This document shows, one piece after another, positions 1 to 10,169 of a stretch of 64,000 nt of DNA (within the stretch, counting starts at the first letter, position 1; the number at the start of each line of letters is the position of its first letter). The DNA is from an uncultured Candidatus Rokubacteria bacterium (GTDB lineage Bacteria > Methylomirabilota > Methylomirabilia > Rokubacteriales > CSP1-6), in NCBI GenBank assembly GCA_963827505.1, contig CAWHBD010000002.1, positions 393,692-457,691 of the forward strand, given 5' to 3'. Position numbers and translations under genes: made by a program. Below the pieces are notes generated by a model. That model made no database searches. It saw only the letters and a program-made list of their open reading frames with translations, and was not told the DNA's origin.

Positions 1-192
1 GTCGTCACCGACGCAGCCGATCAGCCGCACATCGGCGCCCAGCCGCCGCGCCGCCACCGCCTGGTTGGCGCCCTTGCCGCCGCGCGCGAGGAACAGCGTG
101 CCCTCGCTGACGGTCTCCCCCGGCCGCGGCAGCCGCGGAAGGGTGACGGTGAAGTCGGCGTTGGCCGAGCCGACGATCAGGACGCGGGGCAC
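1..192 (-). CDS. rbsK: PfkB-family sugar kinase, most likely ribokinase; only the N-terminal ~64 codons are in the window (gene runs off the 5' edge)
   Basis: Reverse complement of 1-192 translates VPRVLIVGSANADFTVTLPRLPRPGETVSEGTLFLARGGKGANQAVAARRLGADVRLIGCVGDD, the classic ribokinase N-terminus (GGKGANQAVAAxRLG). The GTG start at 192 overlaps the stop of the nucleoside hydrolase downstream by 16 nt. Confidence 0.55.
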   Translation of the reverse strand, partial: MPRVLIVGSANADFTVTLPRLPRPGETVSEGTLFLARGGKGANQAVAARRLGADVRLIGCVGDD

Positions 193-1074
193 AGCCGCTC
201 CAGGAACGCGGCCAGGAACCGTGAGGTGTCGACACGGCGCGCGAAACGACAGTTGACCGGGCCGGCCGCCCGCCGCGTCTGCCCGTCGGGGGCGACCTCG
301 ATGCGCGTTTCCTCCCAGCCGACGAGGCTCGGATCGAGCGCGGCCGCCACCGCCAGCGGGTCGTGCAACACCATGCCCGAGGTTCCCGCATCGCCGGTGA
401 ACCCGCGCCGCGTGAAGGCGGCCACGCGGGTGGCCAGCGGGCCTGGGCAGCGGCCCAGCGCGCGCTCGAAGTCCTCGCGCGAGACGACGGCCTGGCGGGT
501 GGCGTCGAGCGGGACGAAGTCCACCGGCAGCGCCGCCGCGACCACGCGCGCGGCGGCCTCGGGATCGACGTGGATGTTGAACTCCGCGGTCGGCGTCACG
601 TTGCCGCGCACGTCGACGGCGCCGCCCATCACCACCACGCGGGCCAGCCGCCCCAGCGCCACCCGGTCACGCTCCAGTGCCAGGGCCACGTTGGTCAGCG
701 GCCCGAGCGCGATCAGGGTCAGGGGCTCGACCGCCTGCCGGGCCGTCTGCACGATCAGCTCGGCCGCGCTCTGGGGCACCAGCGTCCCCGCCGAGGGGGG
801 CCACTCCGGGAGGTCCCCCAGGCCGTCCTCGCCGTGGTACGCGGTCGCCGTCACCAGCGGGCGGCCCAGCGGCGCCGCCGCCCCCTCGGCGATGGGCGGC
901 GGCACGATGCCGGCGCAGCGCCACGAGGCGCAGCAGGTTGCGGGTGGCCGCGGCCACCGGCACGTTGCCAGCCACCGTGGTGAGGGCGGCCAGCCGCAGG
1001 TCCGGCGAGTTCCAGGCGTACAGCAGCGCCAGGGCGTCGTCGAGGCCCGGATCGGTGTCGATCAGGGCGAGCAT
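177..1074 (-). pseudogene. Inosine-uridine-preferring nucleoside hydrolase (IUNH family), disrupted by one frameshift near 905-935
   Basis: N-terminal frame (667..1098 ORF) reads MLALIDTDPGLDDALALLYAWNSPDLRLAALTTVAGNVP, the DTDPGxDD nucleoside hydrolase signature. C-terminal frame (177..905 ORF) reads LIALGPLTNVALALERD...VVVMGGAVDVRGNVTPTAEFNIHVDPEAA. The two halves are in different frames. Confidence 0.6.
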
Positions 1075-1145
1075 GGAATCGGGATGGCGCCCGGACACGT
1101 CATATACAATGACGTAACAATCCTGCCCGGGGGGAGGGACGAGTC

Positions 1146-1373
1146 ATGGACATCGAGATCCTGTATTGCGGGGAGTGAAACTACCTCCCCCAGGCCTCCA
1201 GTCTGCAGGCCTCCATCCAGAGCAAGTACGGCATGACGGCGCGCCTGAAGGAAGGCGTGGGCGGCATCTTCGAGGTGTACATCGACGGCCAGACCGCCTA
1301 CACCAACCAGGAGACGTACCGGTTCCCGACCGACGAGGAGATCTTCGCGAAGATCGACGCCGCTAAGAAGTAA
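1146..1373 (+). CDS. selW: SelW/Rdx-family selenoprotein (75 codons) with in-frame TGA (selenocysteine) at 1176-1178
   Basis: ATG at 1146 is preceded by GGGGAGGGA (RBS). Translation is MDIEILYCGE-U-NYLPQASSLQASIQSKYGMTARLKEGVGGIFEVYIDGQTAYTNQETYRFPTDEEIFAKIDAAKK, with stop TAA at 1371. The CxxU motif after a beta-strand and the GxFEV...G core match SelW/SelT/Rdx redox proteins. Reading through TGA keeps a single clean frame with GC3-rich codon usage. A hairpin AGGCCU(1192-1197)/AGGCCU(1207-1212) with a GU-containing loop starts 13 nt after the UGA (SECIS candidate). The ORF track misses this gene because of the TGA. Confidence 0.7.
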
Positions 1374-2636
1374 GCGCACGCTCGAGTTCCCCCTGGAAAC
1401 GCGGATGGGCCACGGTGAGCAACGCCGTGGCCCTCGCTGTGTCCGACAGCCCTCGCAGCCGCGCCGCCCCGTGCTCGGTCACGACCCAGTCGGCCAGGTA
1501 CCGAGGCGTGGTGACCGCCGCCCCCGCCGTCAGCCGCGGCACGATCCGCGAGACGGCGCCCTCCCGGCCCGTCGACGGCAGCGCGATCACCGACAGACCG
1601 CCGGCCGAGCGCGAGGCGCCCAGCACGAAGTCGAACTGCCCCCCGATCCCCGCCACCTGCCGCGGCCCCAGGCTCTCGGCGGTGACCTGTCCGGTCAGGT
1701 CCACCTCGAGCGCCGAGTTGATGGCGACGAACCGGTCGAGGCGCGCGATGACGTCGGGGTCGTGCGTGTAGGCCGCCGACTCCATGTTGACCGTGTCGCT
1801 GGCGCCGAGAAAGTCGAACGTGCGCCGCGTGCCCATGGCCTCGGCCAGGTCCATCCGCCCGCGATGCACGCGCTTGCGCGCGCCGGTCACGACGCCGCGC
1901 TCGACCAGGGCCACGCCATGGTCGACCAGCAGCGAGTGCAGGGCGAGGTCGCGGTGACCGGTCAAGCGCCTCGAGCACCGCCTGCGGAATGGCGCCCGAC
2001 GCCCACCTGGACGGCGGCGCCGTCCGGCACCAGGGCCGCCACGTGGGCGCCGATCGCGCGCTCGACCGCGCCCACCACCGGTGGCGGGTACTCCACCAGC
2101 GCGCTCGTCGACGTCCACGCGGATGTCGACCTGGCTGGCGTGCAGCCACGCATTGCCGCGGGTGCGCGGCATGCGCGGGATTGACCTGGGCGATGACGAG
2201 CGGGGCCAGCCGCGCCGCCGGCAGCGCCACGCCCACGCCGACGCCGAGGCTCAGGTAGCCGCGCGCGTCGGGCGGCGCGGTGTGCACCAGCACGCAGTCG
2301 GGCGGCCAGCGGCCGCCGGGCAGCGAACTCGGTCGCCACGTCGAAGTAGCGCACCGGCAGGAACTCGACGCGGCCGCGCCGGCGGGCGTCCTCCAGCCGG
2401 GGCGACATGTGCCAGGTGGCGTAGCGGAGCGCCGCACATTCCGGCCGGGCCCACGGATAGTCGCCGAGGTGGATCCCGCCCATGAGCGTGAGGTCGGGCA
2501 GCCGCTCGGACTGCCGGCAGATCTCGGCGACGAGCGCGCGCGGCTCCCCGCAGCCGGGCGGCAGCAGCACCCGCATGCCGGGCCGCAGCCGCTCGACGGC
2601 CTGCTTCGGCGTCATCGCGACGAACCCTCGCGCCAT
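1363..2636 (-). pseudogene. Acetyl-CoA hydrolase/transferase family protein (4-hydroxybutyrate CoA-transferase-like), about 5 frameshifts
   Basis: N-terminus MTPKQAVERLRPGMRVLLPPGCGEP...FLPVRYFDVATEF (frame of ORF 1962..2636). The following pieces DARGYLSLGVGVGVALPAARLAPLVIAQVNP, RMPRTRGNAWLHASQVD, YPPPVVGAVERAIGAHVAALVPDGAAVQVGVG, SGAIPQAVLEALD and GTRRTFDFLGASDTVNMESAAYTHDPDVIARLDRFVAINSALEVDLTGQVTAESLG are spread over three frames. Its 3' end overlaps the selW 3' end by 11 nt (convergent). Confidence 0.6.
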
Positions 2637-2690
2637 CGCGTCGCTATATACACCTTCCCGCCGCGCGAGGGCGGGCGATAATATGCGCCG

Positions 2691-2870
2691 ATGACCTGGA
2701 TCCGACGCACCCTCCTCTGCCTCGTCGCGCTCGTCGTGCTCGCCGGCTGCGCCGCGCCCGCCGCCTCGCCCCCGCGCGCCTCGCAGGCCCCGCGCACGCG
2801 CTGCCTCAGCAATCCCAACGAGACCGGGACCCGGCCGCTCCTCTTCCTGTTCTGCGTCGAGAGCCCGTAG
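2691..2870 (+). CDS. Small putative lipoprotein (59 aa), below the ORF-track length cutoff
   Basis: Translation is MTWIRRTLLCLVALVVLAGCAAPAASPPRASQAPRTRCLSNPNETGTRPLLFLFCVESP, a signal peptide with a LAGC lipobox. The region just upstream is AT-enriched (tatatacacc...gataatatg), which is rare in this window. GC3-rich codons. Confidence 0.35.
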   Translation: MTWIRRTLLCLVALVVLAGCAAPAASPPRASQAPRTRCLSNPNETGTRPLLFLFCVESP

Positions 2871-2887
2871 CCGCCGGCGGCGCCCAC

Positions 2888-3655
2888 GTGATGCGGGTGG
2901 CGTTCGTCACCGGCGGTGGTCGCGGCCTCGGGCGCGCGGTGGCGATGGCGCTGGCCCAGGCGGGACTCGCCGTGGCGGTCGGCGCCCGGACGCCGGAGCA
3001 GGTCGCGGCGGTGGTCGCGGAGATCCGCGCCGCCGGCGGGGAGGCGCTGGCGGTCGCGCTCGACGTGACGGAGCCGGCCTCGGTGACGGCGGCGGCCGCC
3101 GCCGCCGGCGCGCTGGGTCCGGTCGACGTCCTCGTCAACAACGCCGGCATCGCGGAGTCCGCCCCGTTCGTGCGCACCGACCTCGCGCTGTGGGAGCACC
3201 ACCTGCGTGTCAACGCCACCGGCCCTTACCTCACGGCGCGGGCCCTGCTGCCCGGCATGCTCGAGCGCCGGCGCGGCCGGGTGGTCAACGTCGCCTCCAT
3301 GGCCGGCCTGCACGGCGCGCCTTACGTGAGCGCGTATACGGCCTCCAAGCACGCGCTGGTCGGACTCACCCGGGCGCTGGCCGCCGAGGTGGCCGGGCGC
3401 GGCGTCACCATCAATGCCGTCTGCCCGGGCTTCGCGGCAACCGACATCGTGTGGAACGGGGCCCGCGCCATCGCGGCGCGGACCGGGCGCGCCTTCGAGG
3501 ACGCGGTGGCGGCGATGGCCGCCCTGAACCCGGGTGGCCGTCTGATCGAGCCGGCCGAGGTCGCCGACGCGGTTCTGCGCCTCGTGCGCGACGACACCAT
3601 CAACGGCGAGGCCGTCGTGCTCGACGGGACCGCGCCCCAGCGGAGGGAGCCATGA
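2888..3655 (+). CDS. SDR-family short-chain dehydrogenase/reductase (3-oxoacyl-ACP reductase-like)
   Basis: Intact 255 aa ORF. TGGGRGLG cofactor motif, NNAG and a YxxxK catalytic pair (YTASKHAL). Its stop overlaps the next start (ATGA). Confidence 0.85.
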   Translation: MMRVAFVTGGGRGLGRAVAMALAQAGLAVAVGARTPEQVAAVVAEIRAAGGEALAVALDVTEPASVTAAAAAAGALGPVDVLVNNAGIAESAPFVRTDLALWEHHLRVNATGPYLTARALLPGMLERRRGRVVNVASMAGLHGAPYVSAYTASKHALVGLTRALAAEVAGRGVTINAVCPGFAATDIVWNGARAIAARTGRAFEDAVAAMAALNPGGRLIEPAEVADAVLRLVRDDTINGEAVVLDGTAPQRREP

Positions 3656-4061
3656 AGGACCACATCAGCGCGGTGCGGCCGCGGACGCTGCCCAAGCCGG
3701 CCGGCTTCTCGTACGGCTACGAGGTCAAGCGGGGTCGGATCGTCTTCATCGCCGGCCAGGTTGCCCGTGACGAGCAGAACGCCCTCGTGGGCCGGGGCGA
3801 CCTCATCGTCCAGTTCCGCCAGGTCTGCCGCAACATCCAGACGGTCATGAGCGCCGCCGGTGGCGACATGACCGACATCGTGAAGCTGACGATCTACGTG
3901 CTCGATGCCAACGACTACAAGCTCCGGCTGACCGAGATCGGCACCGTTTACCGGGAGTACTTCGGCAAGCACTTCCCTGCCATGACGCTGGTCGGCGTCC
4001 GCGACCTGTTCGACGCCGCCGACGGCTGCCTCATCGAGATCGAGGGCGTCGCCGCCCTGGC

Positions 4062-4065
<4 letters not shown>
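3652..4065 (+). CDS. ridA: RidA/YjgF family reactive-intermediate deaminase
   Basis: MKDHISAVRPRTLPKPAGFSYGYEVKRGRIVFIAGQVARDE...MTLVGVRDLFDAADGCLIEIEGVAAL, the conserved RidA fold (137 aa). ATGA overlap with the genes on both sides. Confidence 0.8.
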
Positions 4066-5549
<1,484 letters not shown>

Positions 5550-5558
5550 TCGCCGAGC

Positions 5559-6284
5559 ATGCCCGCCCGTAGGCGACGGCGGCGCGGCCTCCGCCGCCTG
5601 CTCATCCTGGTCGTGCTCGCCGTCGTGGCGTGGCTCGCCTGGGAGGTGTGGGCGTGGCCCAACGTCGGCGCGCTGGCCGCGCGGCCACCAGCCACGACCG
5701 CGTTCATCGAGCGCTGGCGGGCGGCGCAGCGTCAGGCCGGGCGAAGCGATCAGATCGATCGGCGGTGGGCCGCGTACGGTTCGATCGCGCCGTCCATGAA
5801 GGTGGCGGTGCTGGTGGCCGAGGACATCAACTTCTTCTCGCATCGCGGATTCGACAGCGGCGAGATCCGCAAGGCGCTCACGCAGGCGATCGAGGAAGGC
5901 GAGCTGCCGCGGGGCGCCTCGACCATCAGCCAGCAGCTCGCCAAGAACTTGTGGCTGTCGCCCGCCCGCGACCCGCTCCGCAAGATGCGGGAGGCGATCC
6001 TGACCTGGCAGCTCGAGCGCACGCTCGGCAAGCGCCGCCTGCTCGAGCTGTACCTCAACGTCGTAGAATTCGGCCCGGGCGTGTGGGGGGTCGACAGCGC
6101 CAGCCGCCGCTACTTCGGCAAGGCGGCCGCCGACCTCGGCGACGACGAGGCGGCCCTGCTGGCCGCCGCCCTGCCGAGTCCGACCACGTGGCACCCGGGC
6201 TCCGGCAGCGTCGCGTATCGCCGCCACGCCGACAACGTACGACGCCGAATGGACAAGGCCCAGTTCCTGAGGAGGCTCATCTGA
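5559..6284 (+). CDS. mtgA: Monofunctional biosynthetic peptidoglycan transglycosylase
   Basis: 241 aa, N-terminal membrane anchor. Has the GT51 motifs EDINFFSHRGFD, GASTISQQLAKNL, RKMREAILTWQLERTLGKRRLLELYLN. Confidence 0.85.
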   Translation: MPARRRRRRGLRRLLILVVLAVVAWLAWEVWAWPNVGALAARPPATTAFIERWRAAQRQAGRSDQIDRRWAAYGSIAPSMKVAVLVAEDINFFSHRGFDSGEIRKALTQAIEEGELPRGASTISQQLAKNLWLSPARDPLRKMREAILTWQLERTLGKRRLLELYLNVVEFGPGVWGVDSASRRYFGKAAADLGDDEAALLAAALPSPTTWHPGSGSVAYRRHADNVRRRMDKAQFLRRLI

Positions 6285-7150
6285 TGGCCGCACCCGTGTT
6301 CCGTGACTACGATCAGAAGGCCCTCGACGCCGAGTACAACAATCGCGTCAAGGTCAAGAACGCCATGGACTGGATGGCCCGCGCCGGCGGCGAGAGTGCC
6401 CGGACCCGCGCCGAGCTGCCGCTCCGCTTCGACGTACCGTACGGCGCCCATCACGCCGAGCGCCTCGACATCTTCCCGGCCACGCGGCCGGGGCCGGCCC
6501 CGGTGCACGTCTTCATCCACGGGGGCTACTGGCAGCGCATGGACAAGGCCGACTTCAGCTTCGTGGCGCGCGGGCTGGGACCAGCCGGCGCCGCCACCGT
6601 CGTCATCAACTACGGCCTCGTGCCCTCGATCGACCTCGACACGCTCGTGCGGCAGTGCCGCGCCGCCGTGGCCTGGGTGCACCGTCACGCCACCGAGTGG
6701 GGCGGCGATCCCGGTCGGATCTCCATCTCCGGCCACTCGGCCGGCGGCCACCTGGTAGCCATGCTGCTCGCCACCGACTGGCCGGCGCTGGGCGTCCCCG
6801 CCGACGTCGTCAAGTCAGGGTGCGCGGTCAGCGGCCTGTACGACCTCGAGCCCATCCGCCTCTGCTATCTCAATCAGGTCCTGGCACTGACGCCCGAGGT
6901 GGCGCAGCGCAACAGTCCCGTGCTCCTGGCCCCGTCGCGGCCGACGCCGCTCATCCTGGCCCTCGGCGGCGCCGAGGGTCCCGAGTACCACCGGCAGACC
7001 GACGCCCTGGCGGCGGCGTGGCGGGCACGCGGGGTGCCGATCGAGGTGATGGACCTGCCCGGCCACGATCACTTCTCGATCGTCGCCGAGCTCGAATCGC
7101 CGTTCAGCTCGCTTGCACGCGCGATCCAGACGCAGATGGGTCTGGCCTAA
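6284..7150 (+). CDS. Alpha/beta-hydrolase fold esterase (arylformamidase / kynurenine-formamidase-like)
   Basis: Real start is MAAPVFRDYDQKALDAEYNNRVKVKNAMDW (ATG at 6284, TGATG overlap with mtgA). HGGYW oxyanion motif, nucleophile elbow GHSAGGHL, C-terminal HDHF. The long upstream extension in the ORF track (5630..) is an out-of-frame artefact. Confidence 0.8.
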   Translation: MAAPVFRDYDQKALDAEYNNRVKVKNAMDWMARAGGESARTRAELPLRFDVPYGAHHAERLDIFPATRPGPAPVHVFIHGGYWQRMDKADFSFVARGLGPAGAATVVINYGLVPSIDLDTLVRQCRAAVAWVHRHATEWGGDPGRISISGHSAGGHLVAMLLATDWPALGVPADVVKSGCAVSGLYDLEPIRLCYLNQVLALTPEVAQRNSPVLLAPSRPTPLILALGGAEGPEYHRQTDALAAAWRARGVPIEVMDLPGHDHFSIVAELESPFSSLARAIQTQMGLA

Positions 7151-7177
7151 CGTTCGGCCCGCTGGCGCGGGCGGCGC

Positions 7178-7347
7178 CGCTGGGCGGCGGGGGCGGCAGG
7201 GCGACAGGGCCTCCTGAGGTTCCGTTGGCTTCGATCGTGTAGGGCCTCACGTAGGACCAGGCTCCGACCGCGCCTTCGCGCGCCGGGTCGTCTCTCGCGG
7301 AACCGAAGGGGGCCCTGTCGCCCTGCCGCCCCCGCCGCCCACCGGCG
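7178..7347. repeat. Structured intergenic repeat, family 1, copy 1: ~38-bp self-complementary arms around a ~100-bp conserved core
   Basis: Left arm GCTGGGCGGCGGGGGCGGCAGGGCGACAGGGCC pairs with right arm GGCCCTGTCGCCCTGCCGCCCCCGCCGCCCAC. The core ...GGCTTCGATCGTGTAGGGCCTCACGTAGGACCAGGCTCCGAC... is ~90% identical to the reverse complement of 17200-17285. Lies between the convergent esterase and PQQ-dehydrogenase genes. Confidence 0.7.
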
Positions 7348-7394
7348 ATCCCGGCTGGCAGAAGGGCCAACCTCTCTCACGCGACGCGCATCGG

Positions 7395-8576
7395 TTAGCG
7401 TTCGGGCTCCAGGCGGACGATGCGGCCGTTGGGCTCGTCGGTCAGCAGGTAGATGAGGCCGTCGGGGCCTTGGCGGACGTCGCGGATGCGGGCGTTGGGT
7501 GTCAGCGTGTAGCGTTCCTCGGCGGCGACGCGGCCGTTGAGAAGGCGCAGGCGGACGAGGCCGCGGCGCTGCAGTGAGGCGAGGAACAGGTCGCCGCGCC
7601 AGGCGGGGAAGCGGTCGGCCGTGTAGAACAGGGCGCCCGAGGGCGCGATGACGGGATCCCAGTAGTAGACGGGCTGCTCCATCCCCGGGCGCGAAGTGCC
7701 GACGCCGATGCGGGTGCCGGAGTAGTCGACGCCGTAGGTGATGATCGGCCAGCCGTAGTTGCGGCCGGCGCGCGGATTGTTCAGCTCGTCACCGCCACGG
7801 GCGCCGTGCTCGGCCGTCCACAGCTCGCCCCGCGCGTCCAGGGTGGCCCCCTGCACGTTGCGGTGCCCGTATGACCAGATCTCAGGGCGGGCGCCGTCGC
7901 GGCCGACGAACGGGTTGTCGCGGGGGGCCGAGCCATCGGGGTTGATGCGCACGATCTTGCCAATGGTCACCGCCAGGTCCTGGGCGGCGTCGCGCCGGGA
8001 CAATCGGTCGCCGAGCGTGACGAACAGCGTGCCGTCGGGGCGAAACACGAGCCGCGAGCCCCAGTGGAACTCGCTGGTGACCTTAGGCACCTGGCGCCAC
8101 ACCACCTCTGTTCCTTCCAGCCCGCGCTCGCCCAGCCGTCCTCGCGCCACCGCCGTGCCGGCCCCGCCCGCTCCCGGCTCCGAGAAGGACAGGTAGACGA
8201 GCCGATCCTGGGCAAAGCTCGGGCTCAGCGCCACGTCGAGCAGGCCTCCCTGGCCGCCAGTCGCGACCCCCGGCACACCGGCCAGCGGATCGGAAAGGCG
8301 GCCGCTCGGCGCGACGAGCCGCAAGCGCCCCGCCCGCTCGGTGACGAGCAGGCGGCCGTCGGGCAGAAACGCGAGCCCCCACGGATGCTCGAGGCCGCGC
8401 ACGACGTCGATGGCGCGCGCGGGCAGCCGCACCGGGATCGGCGTGGGCGAGCGCGTCGCCTCCTGGGCAAGGGCTGGAAGCCCGAGCAGCACGATGGCGA
8501 CGATCATGCCGAGCCAGAGCTTGCGCGTCGTCGTACATCCGGTCGAGCCGAGGCGGAGAGCCGCTGGTGATGGCAT
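7395..8576 (-). CDS. PQQ-dependent soluble sugar (glucose/sorbosone) dehydrogenase, beta-propeller, secreted
   Basis: MPSPAALRLGSTGCTTTRKLWLGMIVAIVLLGLPALAQEA (signal peptide), then LEHPWGLAFLPDGRLLVTERAGRLRLV, PLAGVP, GQGGLLDVALSP, IWSYGHRNVQG, YGWPIITYG, the hallmarks of the SGDH family. The ORF-track extension above 8576 has no support. Confidence 0.8.
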   Translation of the reverse strand: MPSPAALRLGSTGCTTTRKLWLGMIVAIVLLGLPALAQEATRSPTPIPVRLPARAIDVVRGLEHPWGLAFLPDGRLLVTERAGRLRLVAPSGRLSDPLAGVPGVATGGQGGLLDVALSPSFAQDRLVYLSFSEPGAGGAGTAVARGRLGERGLEGTEVVWRQVPKVTSEFHWGSRLVFRPDGTLFVTLGDRLSRRDAAQDLAVTIGKIVRINPDGSAPRDNPFVGRDGARPEIWSYGHRNVQGATLDARGELWTAEHGARGGDELNNPRAGRNYGWPIITYGVDYSGTRIGVGTSRPGMEQPVYYWDPVIAPSGALFYTADRFPAWRGDLFLASLQRRGLVRLRLLNGRVAAEERYTLTPNARIRDVRQGPDGLIYLLTDEPNGRIVRLEPER

Positions 8577-8636
8577 GGCGCAACTCCAGTCTACGATGGC
8601 GTCTGCTACAATCCACCCCGCCCCGGAGGTGCAGCG

Positions 8637-9884
8637 ATGCGCACCCTGCTTCGCAATGCGCGACTGATCGACGGCACCGGCCGCGCAGCCCAGGACGGCG
8701 CCGCGCTGCTGATCGAGGGCGACACGATCGTCCACGCCGGCCCGCTGGCCGGGGCCGATGCACCCGGTCCCGACGCCGCCGTCGCGCTCGATCTCGCCGG
8801 CCGCACCGTGATCCCCGGCCTGGTCGAGGCTCACCTGCACCTCTCCTACAACGACGTGAAGCAGATCGCCGACCTCGACCTGAACTGTCCGCCCGAGTAC
8901 TCCACGCTCCTGTCGGCGAAGAACGCGGAGCTGGTGCTGCACTGTGGCTACACGGCGGCCCGCTCGGCCGGCTCGGTTCACGCCGTCGACGTGGCGCTCA
9001 AGCGCGCCATCAACGAGGGGCTCTTCCCCGGCCCGCGACTGCTGGCGGCCGGCCGCGACATCTGCGCCACCGGCGGCATGGCCGACTGGAACCCGTCCTA
9101 TCTCAAGCTCGGCATGGAGGGCCTGGCGCTGATCGCCGATGGCCCCGAGCAGATCCGGGCAGCGGTGCGACGGGTCATCAAGGACGGCGCCGATGTGGTG
9201 AAGTGCTACGTCGGCGGCGACGCGCTGTTACCCCACACACCCATCGCCGACTGCACCTACACGCTGCCCGAGGTCCAGGCACTGGTCGACGAGGCCCACA
9301 TGCGCGGCCGGATGGTCGCCGCCCACGTGCGCGGCGAACGCTCGAGCGAGGTGGCCGCCCGGGCCGGCGTCGACTCGATCGAGCACGCGACCTACGCCAG
9401 CGACGACACGCTGAAGCAGATCCGCGACCAGGGGCTGACACTGGTGCCGGGGCTGCGCTATCTCTACTCGATCATCGAGAACGGGCCGCGCTTCGGCATC
9501 ACCGAGGCCGTCGTCCGCCCCAGCGGGCTGCACGACGAGATCAAGCAGGCCTCCGATACGTATCGACGCGCGCGCGAGCTGGGCATCCGGATGTGCCCGG
9601 GCGGTGATTTTGGCTTCGCCTGGAACCCCCACGGGGAGTACGCCAAGGACGTCCAGGTGTTCGTCGACGTCATCGGCTTCACGCCGCTGGAGGCGATCAC
9701 CTGCGCCACCCGCCACGGGGCCGAGTTGATGCGCATGCAGGACCGGATCGGCACCCTGACCCCCGGCAAGCTTGCCGACCTGGTCGTCGTCGACGGCGAT
9801 CCGCTGCAGGACATCGCCGTCCTCCAAGACCGGACCCGCCTGTCGGTCATGAAGGGCGGCCAGTGGGTGACCCGGAGGTTCTGA
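8637..9884 (+). CDS. Amidohydrolase-superfamily metal-dependent hydrolase (imidazolonepropionase / prolidase-like)
   Basis: Intact 415 aa. N-terminal LIDGTG...DTIV...GR.VIPGLVEAHLHL metal-binding motif. Diverges from the PQQ dehydrogenase gene. Confidence 0.8.
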   Translation: MRTLLRNARLIDGTGRAAQDGAALLIEGDTIVHAGPLAGADAPGPDAAVALDLAGRTVIPGLVEAHLHLSYNDVKQIADLDLNCPPEYSTLLSAKNAELVLHCGYTAARSAGSVHAVDVALKRAINEGLFPGPRLLAAGRDICATGGMADWNPSYLKLGMEGLALIADGPEQIRAAVRRVIKDGADVVKCYVGGDALLPHTPIADCTYTLPEVQALVDEAHMRGRMVAAHVRGERSSEVAARAGVDSIEHATYASDDTLKQIRDQGLTLVPGLRYLYSIIENGPRFGITEAVVRPSGLHDEIKQASDTYRRARELGIRMCPGGDFGFAWNPHGEYAKDVQVFVDVIGFTPLEAITCATRHGAELMRMQDRIGTLTPGKLADLVVVDGDPLQDIAVLQDRTRLSVMKGGQWVTRRF

Positions 9885-9978
9885 GGTGGTCCGGCGAGGG
9901 CGGCCAGCGCAAGTTGGCCGCCCCGGGCCCCGCATGGTAGTGTGAGCGCGCTTTTCGACGACCCAACGGAGGGACGCC

Positions 9979-10169
9979 ATGCCGTTCGTCAACATCACGA
10001 TCTACGAGGGCCACGGCAAGGACCGCAAGGACGAGATCGCCCGCCGGGTCACCGACGCCATCACCGACGTCTGCAAGCTGCCGCGCGAGGCGGTATGGGT
10101 GGTCTTCAAGGAGGTGACACCGCCCGACTGGTACGTGGCCGGCAAGCCGGGAGCGCCGGCAAGAAGTGA
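9979..10169 (+). CDS. 4-oxalocrotonate tautomerase family protein (~60 aa domain)
   Basis: MPFVNITIYEGHGKDRKDEIARRVTDAITDVCKLPREAVWVVFKEVTPPDWYVAGK has the catalytic Pro1 and the beta-alpha-beta fold. As written, the reading frame runs on without a stop into the gluconolactonase domain. An alternative frame gives ...AGKK-stop at 10167-10169. The 3' end is therefore uncertain (true fusion or a 1-nt indel). Confidence 0.5.

Noticed and set aside
5-391. Track ORF 5..391 - (128 aa)
   Set aside because: It is an alternate frame across the ribokinase start and nucleoside hydrolase end, with Arg-rich composition and no homology.
226-1236. Long ORFs in the track that are antisense or alternate-frame (for example 226..1236 +, 363..983 +, 677..1117 +, 4636..5055 -, 5052..6293 -, 17919..19814 +, 19625..20929 -, 21408..22424 -, 21907..24063 -, 23709..25109 +, 30212..31570 +, 37319..38611 -, 39151..40287 +, 39194..40114 -, 55261..56184 +, 59389..60273 +)
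   Set aside because: Each overlaps, on the opposite strand or in another frame, a gene with clear family-level homology. Their translations are dominated by R, A, G and P with no motifs. Stop-free alternate frames are expected at ~70% GC.
1166-1366. Track ORF 1166..1366 + (66 aa)
   Set aside because: It is the wrong frame of the selW locus. The real gene is the TGA-containing frame 1146..1373, with RBS, SelW motif and better codon bias.
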